A stretch of 60,080 nt of DNA, filler included, from Sphacelaria rigidula (taxonomy: Eukaryota): assembly GCA_964200075.2 (NCBI GenBank). It is 7 parts of 7 records of this genome, joined end to end, with 100 filler letters (N's around TTAATTAATTAA, not from the genome) between each part and the next. Parts side by side here need not be neighbours in the genome. Positions count along the whole stretch, not along the records: positions 8,599 to 17,096 come from CAXNAA020010967.1; positions 17,197 to 25,693 come from CAXNAA020010968.1; 5 more parts are not named here. One strand, written 5' to 3'. Numbering within the stretch: position 1 is the first letter of the stretch; every line of letters starts with the position of its first letter. The notes under the pieces are model-generated. The model made no database searches. It was not told where the DNA came from and worked only from the letters and a program-made list of their open reading frames with translations. Position numbers and translations under genes: made by a program. Shown here one piece after another: positions 11,354 to 23,778 of this stretch.

Positions 11354-12929
11354 AATGGTCATGCCCACCCGAAAACACGGATTGAAACCATCTCATGACA
11401 GAGTTAAAGGAATGGAACGCACTGGCTTTGCCCCTCCAGGGTTCCCGTCCTTCATCCCCCCCTCCCTCTAACTTCTTGATTGATTCATTGCTCGTCGCAC
11501 TTGACCTGATCGCCCTTGAGTCATGATCCAGCCGTGGTCATTATCCACATAATGGACGTACCCGAGATAAACACAAAACTGAAACACTCACTGAAGAAGA
11601 GTGAAAGAAAAAAAAGAGGTAGAAGAAAAAAAAATACAACATAATTGAAGAAAACAAATCGCCGGCCTTTGCCACATGGCTTCGACGGGAAAAAATCTTG
11701 CGCAGAAACCCACTTTCATCCCCAATCGTAGAACAACAGAAGGTCGCGGGAAAAGATTGTGGCTCATCAACAACGACCTCACTATTTTGGGTATGAACCT
11801 CTCATCCATGAACCCTGCGGAAGCGAGGCACTAAACTCCTCTGGCATACACCGGCAGAAAACAACATCACATACATGGAGAAAAAAATGGGGAACGGGAT
11901 ATATAATGCAATTATTCTCATGCCAAGTGCAGTAAGAGGTTTCCATTCATTTGTGACAGGCGAACGGTGTCCGGGTATGAGATTTCCCTCGGGCTTTGTG
12001 AACATGTTGTGGGAGAACGCCTCGATTATGTTCCCCCTTAAGAAGGTACCTTATCGTTTTCCGGCTTGATTCTGGTTGAGACGTTTCGATGCTACCTCTG
12101 ACGTAATCGAGGATATCGCCACTCGTCTACGATAGGCCGAAACGGCGAATACCAGCAAACATCCTGCAGAACTCGTGGGTGAGAGTTGTTGCTGCAAACA
12201 ACGTGGTCTCAAGATGGCTAACTCGCAATTTGATTCCACCGCCTTGTTTGTTCTTGTACGACCTCATCACCTGAAGCCATGCCGCAGGGGCCTGCCGGGG
12301 GGTTTCCCTTTTCGGGACTGGTACTAGATCTTACCCTCGCGTTCTTCTTCGTCTCTTTTCCTTTGCCCCCTATCCTTCTTTTTTCTTCTGGTGCCATCTC
12401 TCGTTCCCAGTTTACCCTATTATCTTCCTTGTATTTCCTCTTTCTCGAGTTTCCTTCAATGATTGCTTCTGTTGACCTAAATCAGTGCGTCTATATTTTA
12501 CCACGGCTGGATTCGTTTCGTAACGTATCACTTATTGCGCGAAAATCAGCCGGTCAACAATATCTATGATGAATACCACCCTAGGAAACAACCATCTTCC
12601 TTGTCTCCGGACGAACCACGCTCCCCCCCTCAAGATCTGAAACACTGATACTTTCCGTATATCCAAAACTATCGTGCAACGATTTTTGGACCTGAAGCGC
12701 GTGTTGAATACATTGGACTCGAGGCCCTGTGAACCTGAATATAGCACCACCTCACATATATCAGCCGACATACAAGATGCATGATCCGCGCGCCCACGCA
12801 ATCTATCGTAATCTTCACGTAACAAGCGCGTGCAGTACTACTACCACAGCATAGACTGCAGAAGTGCCTGCGACCGTACCAAGAGAAAATAAGAGACTGC
12901 CCTCATCCCATCCCCTTACCTTTCGGAAC

Positions 12930-14400
12930 GCCGGATTGTTTACCAGCAGATCTAGCATGGCCAAGCAATGAGGATATCTGCCACGCACATGGGAATGCGA
13001 ACGAGAACACAGTAACGTGCGGCGAATAGAAGTTCGCATTTGTACGCCTCGTCAGCTGTGTTCGAACTGCCTTCCGGCAACCTTCGCGGAACGAATGGTT
13101 TGGGGCGTGCAGTCTTTATTGGGTCCCAATTTGGATGGAACGTACATTTCTCGACTACTCCCAACTCATTCGCTGTTTTACCCCACTCGAAACCATCAAC
13201 CGACGTCAAGGAAACGAGAGAAAGCATCGGCCAGGTCTAGAGCGATGCTACTCCTATGCAAGTCTGGGAACGCGTTGACCTCAAGATGCAAGTTTCAGCT
13301 TCACCTTACTGCTGGATGACGACGATCGCGCTGTGTATTTCGGTGCGTTGCTATACGTGTATGACTTACTGCCTTTCGGTTTAGACACAGGGCGGGTGCC
13401 CCTCCAAGGTGGTGTAGCGCAAGCGAAATTGATCCGCCCGGAAGTCAGACCCCCACTTGCTCGTGATTTCACCTCCTCAACGTGGACGCGACCTTAGTAG
13501 CTTCGGCACTCACGGGGGCTAGGCGATCGTCATTGCGCTGAACAAGGTTAAAACGCAGCCCTTCCTTCAACCCAGGAAAAAATTACTGCAGCACTCGGGA
13601 ACAATATATATTTTTGACATGAACAGCGTGTACCACGCTAAAGTACTACTCTGCTGTTGTACCGTTGAACATAAACTGCACGGCACATCGCGACCTGACA
13701 CGCTTCAAATTCCTTGCTACGGCACTATTTTCATAAGCACGAGGGAGGGACCGAAGCGGTGAACTACGACATCGCGATCGCGTAGACGTCGGCGCGCTCG
13801 AGTCTGATTGGTGCGCTCGAGGTATGTGCTGCGGTCAGAGACGAACAGGAGTCTTTTGATAACAAATACTATGATCTGTCTACACGCCGCTAGGATCTGC
13901 CCAAGCGCACACACTCTTACATACGGTGCGTAGAAGCCTGACCCTTTGTTTAACAACTCTCGGGGACATTTGTACGTATTGTCAGCGATGCTAGCCATAG
14001 GAGAATGACTTCACACACTTGGCGCTGACATTTGCTGGAAACCTGGAGACGAAACGAATGGTTTCCCCCTTGTAGGATACAGGATATGGGGCAGGTACAC
14101 TCATGAACCAGGAGTCAAATAACAGTCTCGTGGTGGAGAGGGTTTTTGAACCCTGGTTTATTAGTTCATGTCACCACCACCCTCGTACCGACCCGTATCC
14201 TGCACAAGGGGTTGACGTGCGGTCCTGAGTGTGGGTGGTGGCGGTTATTTTGGAGCATTATACAAACAGCATGCCGAAAGTCGAAGTGACGATGATTGGA
14301 GATGGGAAGGTGCCGTAACAGACTCGCAAACTTGGACTTACGTTATAAACTTAGCGTATTCTGGCCGCTTGAAATACTGCAAGTATTCCAAGAATCGCAG
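12930..14400 (-). pseudogene. Degenerate Mutator-like (MULE) transposase with SWIM finger
   Basis: Decayed motifs in MULE order across frameshifts: 'RVCYGTF' (DGTF-like), 'SIADN...FYAPYVRVC', and 'LCSRSHSHVRGRYPHCLAML' (SWIM CxC..G.CxH with two Cys mutated), then a GTAAGG donor; recognised by eye. Confidence 0.4.
14066..14211. mobile_element. About 145-bp MITE nested in the MULE-like remnant
   Basis: TIRs CCCCTTGTAGGATAC / GTATCCTGCACAAGGGG. Confidence 0.65.
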
Positions 14401-15246
14401 AAAAGCACGGTCATCAAGGTATCCGCCCTGCGCCAAGTCTGCACACGAATAGCAGCGGGCCAGATGGAGTGCAGACACGTGAGGTGCTTTCACCGTGGGC
14501 AAAGTTGGTCATCAGACACGATCTGAAGCTCGCACATTGTACATATCTGATTCATCTCCGAACTGTATCGTATTTACCTGGGGGCATTGGACGTGAAGAT
14601 TCTCATGGTGAAATGACTCGCAAGCATTACATGATCAAGGGAATTGGTGAGGTGTACCGTGGCGCCGCTTGGGACCCTCAAGGAGTTGAGAATTGGACCT
14701 CTTTCCTGCCGTAATGCGGCTGGATACCTAGACAACCGTTGTTGTAGATTCAAGTAGAGCATGCTTGGATGTTGTACAATCAGTCACGGCAGAAAGTACA
14801 GGTAGGCTCCATAACAGAGGCTCACAGTGCAGATACTCCGGGCTGGCCAGGCAATTCATAAGCTCCAGCTCCATCTCAAAGCGCGCCCCAACACCCTCCA
14901 TGGCTTCTGATGCTTTACTACTCCAGCAGTTAAACTTGCGGCTGATTAGATTACTGCGCTCTTTGCTACCTAGTTATTGTAGACAATAGAAAACACCAGC
15001 ACTGGTTACTGGTTACGCTATCTCATTCGTCCGTTGAGGTTTATCTCAGAGCTACATCCCAGGACCCAAGCACCTTGAGCACGATGAAGCACACCGAGAC
15101 AAGAGTGGGGAGACACCGAGTTTATAGGTACGGATACTGTTATTTTTCATCATCACATTTGATATATATTTCGTCATATCCCGTTGGCCGTGGAGTAGGA
15201 ATCGCAGCCAAGCACCAATGCTCATCAATTCGCGAACTTTCAAGTC

Positions 15247-15272
15247 GTTGTTGTTGTTGTTGTTGTTGTTGT
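15247..15272. repeat. (TGT)n microsatellite
   Basis: GTTGTTGTT... run. Confidence 0.9.
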
Positions 15273-16284
15273 CTTCATATTAAAAAACCGTTTCGATATC
15301 TGCGCGGTACATTCGTACTGGGCATCTAATGCGGACGCCTTCCGTGGTCACAGGCTAGGAAAAAACCAAGAAAAACAAAATAGACCTAGAAGATTAAAAC
15401 TCACAGAACGCGATACAATCTAAACAGGAATAAATAAGAAAGAAAGGGAGTACATATGGCTAACCTCAGAAGATCCAAGTTGAAATCATGAATCGTCAAC
15501 GAAATATCCCGATTAAAGGATTCCAGCGTTTGGACCTTGAGTACTGTAAATTAACATCGAACTCTCGATATTGGAGAGAGGTGTAAATCGCTGTACACGT
15601 GTGAATAAGTAGTAGGTAGGTTTACGCGTGGATGGTGATTTTTACATTTATTTTTACAAGCCATCCGTCGAAAATAAAATGATATAAGTACATGCGCAGA
15701 CGACCTCCAGACCTCAATCAAGAGTGAAAACACTTATAGTGCATTAAACGTGCGACTATACAGAAAAACATCATTGGTGCAGTCTCATGATGAGGAGATT
15801 GGACCAGTGATTTTACCAGGGATGGGAAAATTGCCGTCGCCGAGGGTGATATCCACCGCTTTGGCCTGTCGCAAAGAAACGGTGGTACCCCTCACTATCT
15901 ATCCTAGGAGTAGATAGTGGTGAGAGCGTCCACGTATTGACAATATATCTTATCATGCGTTTAGAAGTATCATGCAGTCCGCCCGCAAACGGTCAACGTG
16001 TCGAATAACACCCCCGGGCGGTTGTGTTTGGTTTGGGTAGGAGATATAGTAGTGAGCATCAGAGTTTCAGAATTCGTTTTTTTCTTTTTTTTTCTGGAGT
16101 ACTATTCTTCACTACTACTTGAAAATGCTACAGGCTGGTTCACGGTGATCACCCAAAATTGTGTCATCAGCACATGCCTTCCGCAATACGCACCCAATAG
16201 TCGCATAATATATATATATAATATGGTATCATACTGACCGCAATGAAGAGATGAAGAGGGTGACATAGCCGGGTTTTTGTTTAA

Positions 16285-16385
16285 CCCTTAGACCGCGAGG
16301 GTAGTCTTTCTGGATCATGCATACTTTTTTCAAGTGAAATTGATGCCGATTCAACAGATGACCTACTACTCTCGCTGTCTAAGGG
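16285..16385. mobile_element. piggyBac-like mini-MITE (101 bp)
   Basis: TTAA|CCCTTAGACCGCG...GCTGTCTAAGGG|TTAA; interior is the reverse complement of 9966-10063. Confidence 0.85.
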
Positions 16386-17096
16386 TTAATATGCCGTAGC
16401 GGTGGCGCTATGGACGAAAATGTGTCTAAGCCAATTAGCGNNNNNNNNNNCTAAATGACGAATACCAAGCCCAATTTTCACCCAACCTCTACATGCTTCG
16501 AATTGCAGCAACCGCCATCGACACGGGAATCTGACGAGAAAATCATGTTTTCAAAACGGTTACTATGGGGGTCAAATTATACCCGAAACCGTGATGTTTC
16601 GGTAATGTCGGGTGTTGTCGTCGTCTAATTTCCACCATGATACGCACGAAAGACCCAGGGAGCCTCGTGACGGTGTCCCCTATAATATCTGTTGTAGAAA
16701 AGCTCAGATCGCCCTCAAACTCGGCAGTTCAGTAGGTATTGGTGCTCAAAATGGAAAAATTGTACTCTTGACAATATGCTTCCTCTGTGCCATAAGTAAA
16801 GGTCCTTATTATGGGGTACAGATCATATCTCGCCAACCTAGTCACTCACGATACTACCGATAGGCTTCTTGAAAAGCTATGGATTTGAGGATACCTCTTA
16901 AAAAAAAAAGTTGAATCCGATTCGTAATTACTGAGAAATAGTGTGTCGAATATTGGGAATTTTGGCGGGTTTTCTGGGATATATTTGAGAACTATTCTGA
17001 GAATTGCCTTGGTTTTAGTGTGGGGGTTCACTAGTATACTGTTTTTAGTATGGGGGGCGCGTCATGGGTCGTTGAGTAGAGGGGGGGGGCTAGGTT

Positions 17097-17196
17097 NNNN
17101 NNNNNNNNNNNNNNNNNNNNNNNNNNNNNNNNNNNNNNNNTTAATTAATTAANNNNNNNNNNNNNNNNNNNNNNNNNNNNNNNNNNNNNNNNNNNN
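17097..17196. other. Artificial contig linker
   Basis: Same N44-TTAATTAATTAA-N44 structure. Confidence 0.98.
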
Positions 17197-18189
17197 GTAG
17201 GGTATGAGATGTCCCAAATACCGGTACCGGGTACCTACCTTACCTACGGTGCCTGTGCATTCTAGATGCGGTTCAGGGGAGCGGGCCGATTACATTCAAT
17301 CACAACACCTCACGTCAGCGTGCCCCAAATTGATTAGGAAAGAAAAAGGGACAATGGAATGCTGTGACACAACAAGCCTGTTTGCATGAAAAGGTTGATG
17401 TTGAACCCTCGGATACCTGAGGAATTAGTGTATCAGAACCCCTAGCCTAACTGTGTGAGCAAAAGGGTACAACAGGGAGCTTTTTAAAGTGATCATCCGG
17501 TCAGTCAAAACACCACAACTTGACGCTCATAATGATTCACGTCGAGTGGATGGGTTATAACGAAAGCCCTGGAAAAGTGGAACAACTTCTCGTGGCACAC
17601 CGGGGCTTGCTTTCTCGTGTCGAAGGCGACATGCACCGTTTCCAGCCTATCTACCGTACGTGCTCACACCCATCACTATCCGTGTCCCATCTTGGTCTCA
17701 ATTGCAATCACCTGCGTTTTCGTGTGCTCGGGGGAAATAATAACCACCGTTTTCAAGATGCTATAACTCCGTGGCCGGGATAGGTCACGCCTCAAATGTC
17801 AGCTCTATGGATATCACTACTCCGGGACACAGCATGGTTTTATGGGGCCACCTGTAGACTCTACATGCTGATCGCGCTAAAATTCGTCAAAACCTTCGAG
17901 CACAGGCGTCATCGAGCGGACAACTTGAAACTCAAAATCCGACCTTTAGTACAGGTCATCCGTCAGACCGGCAGAAGGATATTCATCAGCGAATGTGGAC
18001 CGTGGTACTCGATGCGTACACGTGCAAACACTAAGGAGAGCAAGCACGGTACAACCCTTGACAAACGTTGTTCTATGGAAGGGGAAGGGGTAGGAGGAGA
18101 TAACCAGCTATCTGGCTGTGCTGCTCCAGGAGGCAGCAATAGCACCCGCAGCTGCGTTGTGAGCTACGAGCTGGGCAAGTAGTAAAACT

Positions 18190-18435
18190 TACAACAGCAC
18201 AGCACACAACAACTTTTCAAGTTTCCCTAATCAGCCCGATTTCAGCATATCGCTGTGAACTGCAGACCAACCTGGTCATGCATGTCGCTGAAAAATAATG
18301 AGAAAATGTACTGCACATAATATGACCTAAACGACGAAACCAGAATTTACGAAAAAAAGAGGGTCTGTCAGGATTCGAACTCGTGACCTCCATAACTGGA
18401 GTCTTCCGTATCACTTGGATTTCTGGGGCGCAGCG
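18190..18435 (-). mobile_element. Possible third tRNA-derived SINE
   Basis: Minus-strand GAGGTCACGAGTTCGAATCCTGAC B-box-like head and a TG-rich end; single copy seen. Confidence 0.4.
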
Positions 18436-19683
18436 GTGTCACACAAAAAGTTCCACGCTGGGCCCAATTTCAGGAGTTTTCAGCCGAAATTTCAACAGCT
18501 TGTTTTACGCGCAAGTACAATACTCTTTTCCAGGGATGCCGCCATTTTTTTTTTGCGGAGTTATTATGACATTCAACAGGTTTGCTGAAATTTCCAATCG
18601 CTCCATCTTTCTGTTTTTTTACTCCTCTTGGCGCCCCAAGAACGGTTGCTGAGATTGATGATAAAAATGTCGTGTCAATATGTCAGCGCCTGACTCCTCA
18701 AAAATAGCGCCGCGTCATCCGATCACCTACAAGGAACACCATCAGCTGGCCCAGCTTGCAAAAAGACTGCTGTGCAGCAGTGAAGACACAGGTCGCCCAC
18801 ACCACGCCAGCGGCGCACGTTCTTGCACGGCCGGCGAGCAGGCGGCTGAGGCTGAGGTGATGCCCACCGCTAGTGTGGGCACAGCGTATGTGAACTACAA
18901 CACAAGGGGTGGACAAGGATACGGACGAGAACGGCAAAAAATACTGCCCACACCCCCTCGTGGTGCATGGCCATCTGTTAGTGTAATAGGCACTTCATGT
19001 CATGACATGAAAAAATCTTCCTTAGAACAGTTTTTGATTGGTCGGCACCACATGGAGAGGTCCATATGCATGCAATTGATGCTTGAGTGATATCGGTGTC
19101 AACATTAGTGGAGTTTGGCGTGGGCAATGCGGTCGCGTGCAGCTACGGGCACAGTAGCATGAGGCTCCAGAAACGGCTTGCTCTCATTGATCTACATCGT
19201 TACGGTTGAGGATACCACCCGGTATATTTATTTGAGTGTACGAACTCGTCTCGAGAAGGGGGGGTGTTAAAAGTATGACGAAAAATAAAGGAAAAATATC
19301 GATATGAAAACAGGTGCAGAATTGATCGATCGGCTGCAGTAGTTATGTTGGTACGGGAGTTGGGGATACGCTGTCTACAGTACAAGCGTGCAGTACTCTA
19401 CAGAGCGATCCTCACAATATTCCTGTTTCCGCCAGAGTTGGATTATTCCCTGTGCTTTTTCCGCTAGGTGCGGTTTAAAAAAAGCTAGCTGGGAACCAGA
19501 CATAATATCACAGCGAATAGTCCGATCTTAGTCTTAAAAGGTGACCATCGGTATTGCTCCTCATTTTAACTTTGCTCTCGAGAGCTTCCGGACACGCTCA
19601 CGCTCTGGACAAAATATCGTAAAAAAATTGCTGTAGAAAAAAAATAGGGTACTCCATGGAAATCTTGCTGATATGATAAATAG

Positions 19684-19720
19684 CAGTGTTGAAAATCGGA
19701 TATCGATACTCGATACGATT

Positions 19721-19771
<51 letters not shown>

Positions 19772-19866
19772 GTATCGGTCGATACGGCGTATCGGTATCA
19801 CCGCTTTCCAAGCCGATATTTGTCGATACGTATCAATATCAATATCGATATCGGATATTGATATGG

Positions 19867-19904
<38 letters not shown>

Positions 19905-21092
19905 GGGAGGGGGGGGGGGTAGACAGCACATCGTCCCACAGTCCATCACTCCACTGCCCGCCATCCCGCCATCCACCACACTCCACACACACCACACACC
20001 CACTTGCTGCGAACCACACCGGTCTGCAACATGAGCCGCCTTCAGACTTTCGGCTTTGTGAAAGGTGGTAGCGCAGAGTCTGCGGTCGACGTTTTTGCCA
20101 AACCGTCTGTACCCGTGTCTGCTACGGTCGACGTTTCTGCCGGACCGTTTGTATCTGTGTCTGCTACGGCGGCTACTGCTACACCAGCGGCTGCCCCAGG
20201 GCCCTCAACCAAGAGTGGAGAGAGCGGGCAAGCAGAGTTACAGGCGAAGGTAGCGAATCCTTGAGATGGCGCCAAATTTCGCGTGTGAGGGTAGACGGTC
20301 ATATCTTCTCATTATATCCAATTTTTTCTACAAGCTTTGGAATTCTATTGCTTCGGCGTGTAGGTGTCTGGAGAGTATACTTCGTTGTGTAGCCGACAAT
20401 GAAAAAATTGGACGTATGCTGCTGACTTTTCCCTTGTTTGGTACGACTATGGAGAACAGAAAAAGCGAGCGCGCGTTTGCATTATTTATCATTTATCGCC
20501 CAGTTTCGAGGTTTGGCGCGTTTGTTATTGAATAATGAGTGCGTTCGCAGCGCGCAGTACGCAGAGCCGAGGTAAATGCTCAAATTTGATCGAAACATGA
20601 CGAAATGGTCGCGGAATATACTTTGGTATATCACCGGCTTGAACAACACACCATGTATCGTGCGTCATACCTGACGTTGTGATCAATTACCTCTTTTGCG
20701 ACTTGCCTTTTGCATGATGAACCATTTTTGTCAAACCGAAGCATCACGCCGCGTGTTGTGCCGCCACTTCTATGAAGTCAGATAATAAATCACAAATCAC
20801 ACACTGGTGCTGTTGTACCTTTCATACAATCAGGCGTGCACCCACTCCGGGTTGGGTTGCTACAATGATGTCACTTCACTGTTGTGATACTGTGAGGTCT
20901 TGCAAGCTGTGTCCCCACCAAAACAGCCGTATCGTATCGTATCGTATCGTATCGTATCGGGCATCAGTATCGAGTATCCATTCGTATCGGGTCATTTTCC
21001 GTGTATTGAAAAAATATCGGTATCGACGTCTTGAGGTCGATACTTCGAAAATATCGTATCGTTTTTTTTTTTTTTCCGTTCGATACTCAATA
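19684..21092 (+). mobile_element. hAT-like non-autonomous element or deletion derivative
   Basis: CAGTGTTGAAAATCGG left end; dense CGATA/TATCG subterminal repeats at both ends; (TA)n runs; internal short ORF MSRLQTFGFVKGG...ELQAK ending at an AAG|GTAGCG donor. Confidence 0.55.
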
Positions 21093-21670
21093 GTAGTGAT
21101 AGGCGGTAGTTTGGTATACTGTATCCATTTAGCAATACGGGCTGATACCTGATACGCATCTCTATCGACTACAAATTTTAATAGACCTTTGTGCCGCTTG
21201 TCAGCATCTCACCAACCAAACCCAACCCAGCCCAATACCTAACTCTGACCTCAACGAAACGCAGACCATGAACCCCGGGGCGCAAGGGGGGTCTGCCCTT
21301 AAGACGGTCGCAGCACAGTCGGTGCCAAGGAAAGTGTTGCTGCGGGCAACGGGGGTCAGGCGCCGCCCCGTGGCGCCGTAAAACAAACTTTGGGTCGAAC
21401 GAAAAAACGGACACGGTGCGAGAGACAGCAGCGAGATTCCAAGAACTGACGCTTCGTGCCTTCCTAGAATTTTACTGAAAACATGCATGGTTGACCTCGG
21501 AAGTTATTTGGGTTACTGTACCTGGAAGCCCGCACGGAGGGGACCTGAAAAAATGTACGTAAACAATGGATGGTACTATGAAGATACCCCCAACCCTAAC
21601 GCTAACGCTAACGCTAACCCTAACCCCGACCGAGGCATACCGAGCACTCCAGAAAGTGAGACAAATGATG

Positions 21671-22146
21671 GGACTTAGACCACTTTGTATGGCAACCAAT
21701 CCGTATTTGTACAAATATAAGGATTTTAGCCCGTTTAAATTCGATTTTCTCCCGTGGATTGATTTTTCGGACCCCCAGTCCGTTGGGCAATGTTTTTCGC
21801 CTAGGTCTGAGGAAACCAGACCAATTTTCCGATTCTCTGGGCGCTGACTTTTGGTCCATTACCTTTCTGCTCAGATCGGGGGACTCCCGCATCTCCCCCG
21901 AATTTGGGGATTCATCGGGGGAGATGCGGGAGTCCCCCGATCTGAGCAGAAAGGTAATGGACCAAAAGTCAGCGCCCAGAGAATCGGAGAATTAATCTGG
22001 TTTCCTCAGACCTAGGCAAAAAACATTGCCCAACGCACTGGCGTCCGAAAAATCAATCCACGGGAGAAAATCGGATTTAACCGGGCTGAAATCTTCATAT
22101 TTGTACAAATACGGATTGGTTGCCATACAAGGTGGTCTTAGCGTCC
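21671..22146. mobile_element. 476-bp foldback element (about 230-bp inverted arms)
   Basis: GGACTTAGACCAC...ATCTCCCCCGA / TCGGGGGAGAT...GTGGTCTTAGCGTCC; arms align along their full length around a loop of about 14 nt. Confidence 0.9.
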
Positions 22147-23134
22147 GAGGGCCAAACTCCGAGACTGTATTCTCGAAACATGGAGCCATTCAACCTGCGG
22201 CGCTTCACGGGTTGACAAAAACAAATCGGACTCGACATCGCATTGGAGTTTGGACGTCGATGTGGGGCGTTGGGTCGTGGTTCGTCCGAATAGTTGGGTT
22301 GCCTGTCGCATAAGCATTCCCCGCAACCGACACAGCAATACTCCTCGTAGAACGAGTATACTCCAGAAAACCGAAGGTATCTCGGTCGTTATGTGTTATG
22401 TCGTGGCCGAGTCTCAGGGTGGCGTATCAAGCTCGTGGGACATAGGCTGGGGGTGGTGAAACACCAGCGACCAGCGTAACCGTTACTGCAGGCAAGCAGT
22501 TGTACTGCACCAGAGACTCACGGAAGAGTTTGGTTCAACCAGCACTGCATACACTATGCAAAACACAGGCTCACGTTCACGTGCAGAAGAGGTGCTCTTG
22601 ACTTGCTTGCAAGCGAAATTTCTCCAAGTGGTGGCTGATAGCTTTGTTATTAGGCTTGGCATGGTAGCTAAGAGTTGCTAGGTGGTGCAAAGTTGTGAGG
22701 AGCGAGGGGCTCCGGTGAAGGACGCCCAATTGGAATACAACACCAACATGCGAATGGAATAAGACCTACTGCACTTGCCACGCGTGCTTCGAAACGCCTA
22801 CTACATATACAGTCGATATCCGCCGTAACAGTTACCTGCTGAACTTGACCCTTGCCCACAGCACTGGGACTGCGGCACCACTCCCCAGGCGGTACAACTA
22901 TTGTATCAATTATGCAGTCTTCGGTCTATGAATCTAATGTATACAAGCCGCGATGGGCCCGCTTGGCTCTGCGCACCTGCACCGCACTCGGTGCGGTAGG
23001 AGTACGCTCAGTCACAGAATGGTCATCTAGAGTATTTTAAGTAGACGCAGAACAGAGACAAAAGTGCAACGTAATGCGCCAAAGCGAACAGTACCATAGT
23101 ACAACCGCAGAGGAACAGACTCGGACGGGCAACA

Positions 23135-23490
23135 GTGTTTTGTGTGTGTTGTCGTCCCATTCATTCTGGGCACCAGTCTACACCTTTCGGTAAATGTGGG
23201 CGCACCAGCCGAGGTCACACGGGAGGAACGTCAACACAAGAGTTTTTGTTTGTTTGTTTGTTTTTAGTACCCCAATTTCCTTATGCGGTGGTTGTCTTTT
23301 ATTTTTTATCGCGAGAGGGGTTTAGCAGTCCCTTTCCCTCGTCGACCGTTAAGTCGACCCTTGCGTACCCACAACATAGTCGCTCTCTACGTTGGGCATG
23401 TTGTGAGAAAAAATACTAGATCGCTACGAGAATTGAACCCCACTACTCAACCGTCAAAAGGTTACGAGGTTACCAACTGAGCCACCGGGG
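23135..23490 (-). mobile_element. tRNA-derived SINE family 1, full length
   Basis: Minus-strand head CCCCGGTGGCTCAGTTGGTAA (A box)...CCTTTTGACGG...GGGTTCAATTC (B box), conserved body and (CA)n tail. Confidence 0.85.
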
Positions 23491-23778
23491 GAGTCTGCAG
23501 CAACAGTAGAATGGGTGTATTCAGTATGAATACGAGGTTTGTGTTGGCGGGTGACGAATTATAAGGGATGTACTGTGGCGTATGCCGAAGTTGAAATAAG
23601 ATATAAGGGATCGCGTGTCCAAGGCGCAAACGCCGCAAAGTTGGTTCAAGCGGGCGAGACTGGTCTGGTGCAAGAGCACCGAGGAAGCAGACAGTATCAC
23701 TCGAGACCAGTTGACCAGTCAGCGACACGCCAGCAGTCTCAGTAGTACAGTAGTCCCTGGCACTTGATCGATTTTACA

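Noticed and set aside
17520..17960. RTE-like LINE post-RT fragment ('LVAHRGLLSRVEG')
   Set aside because: One weak motif; cannot be supported without a search
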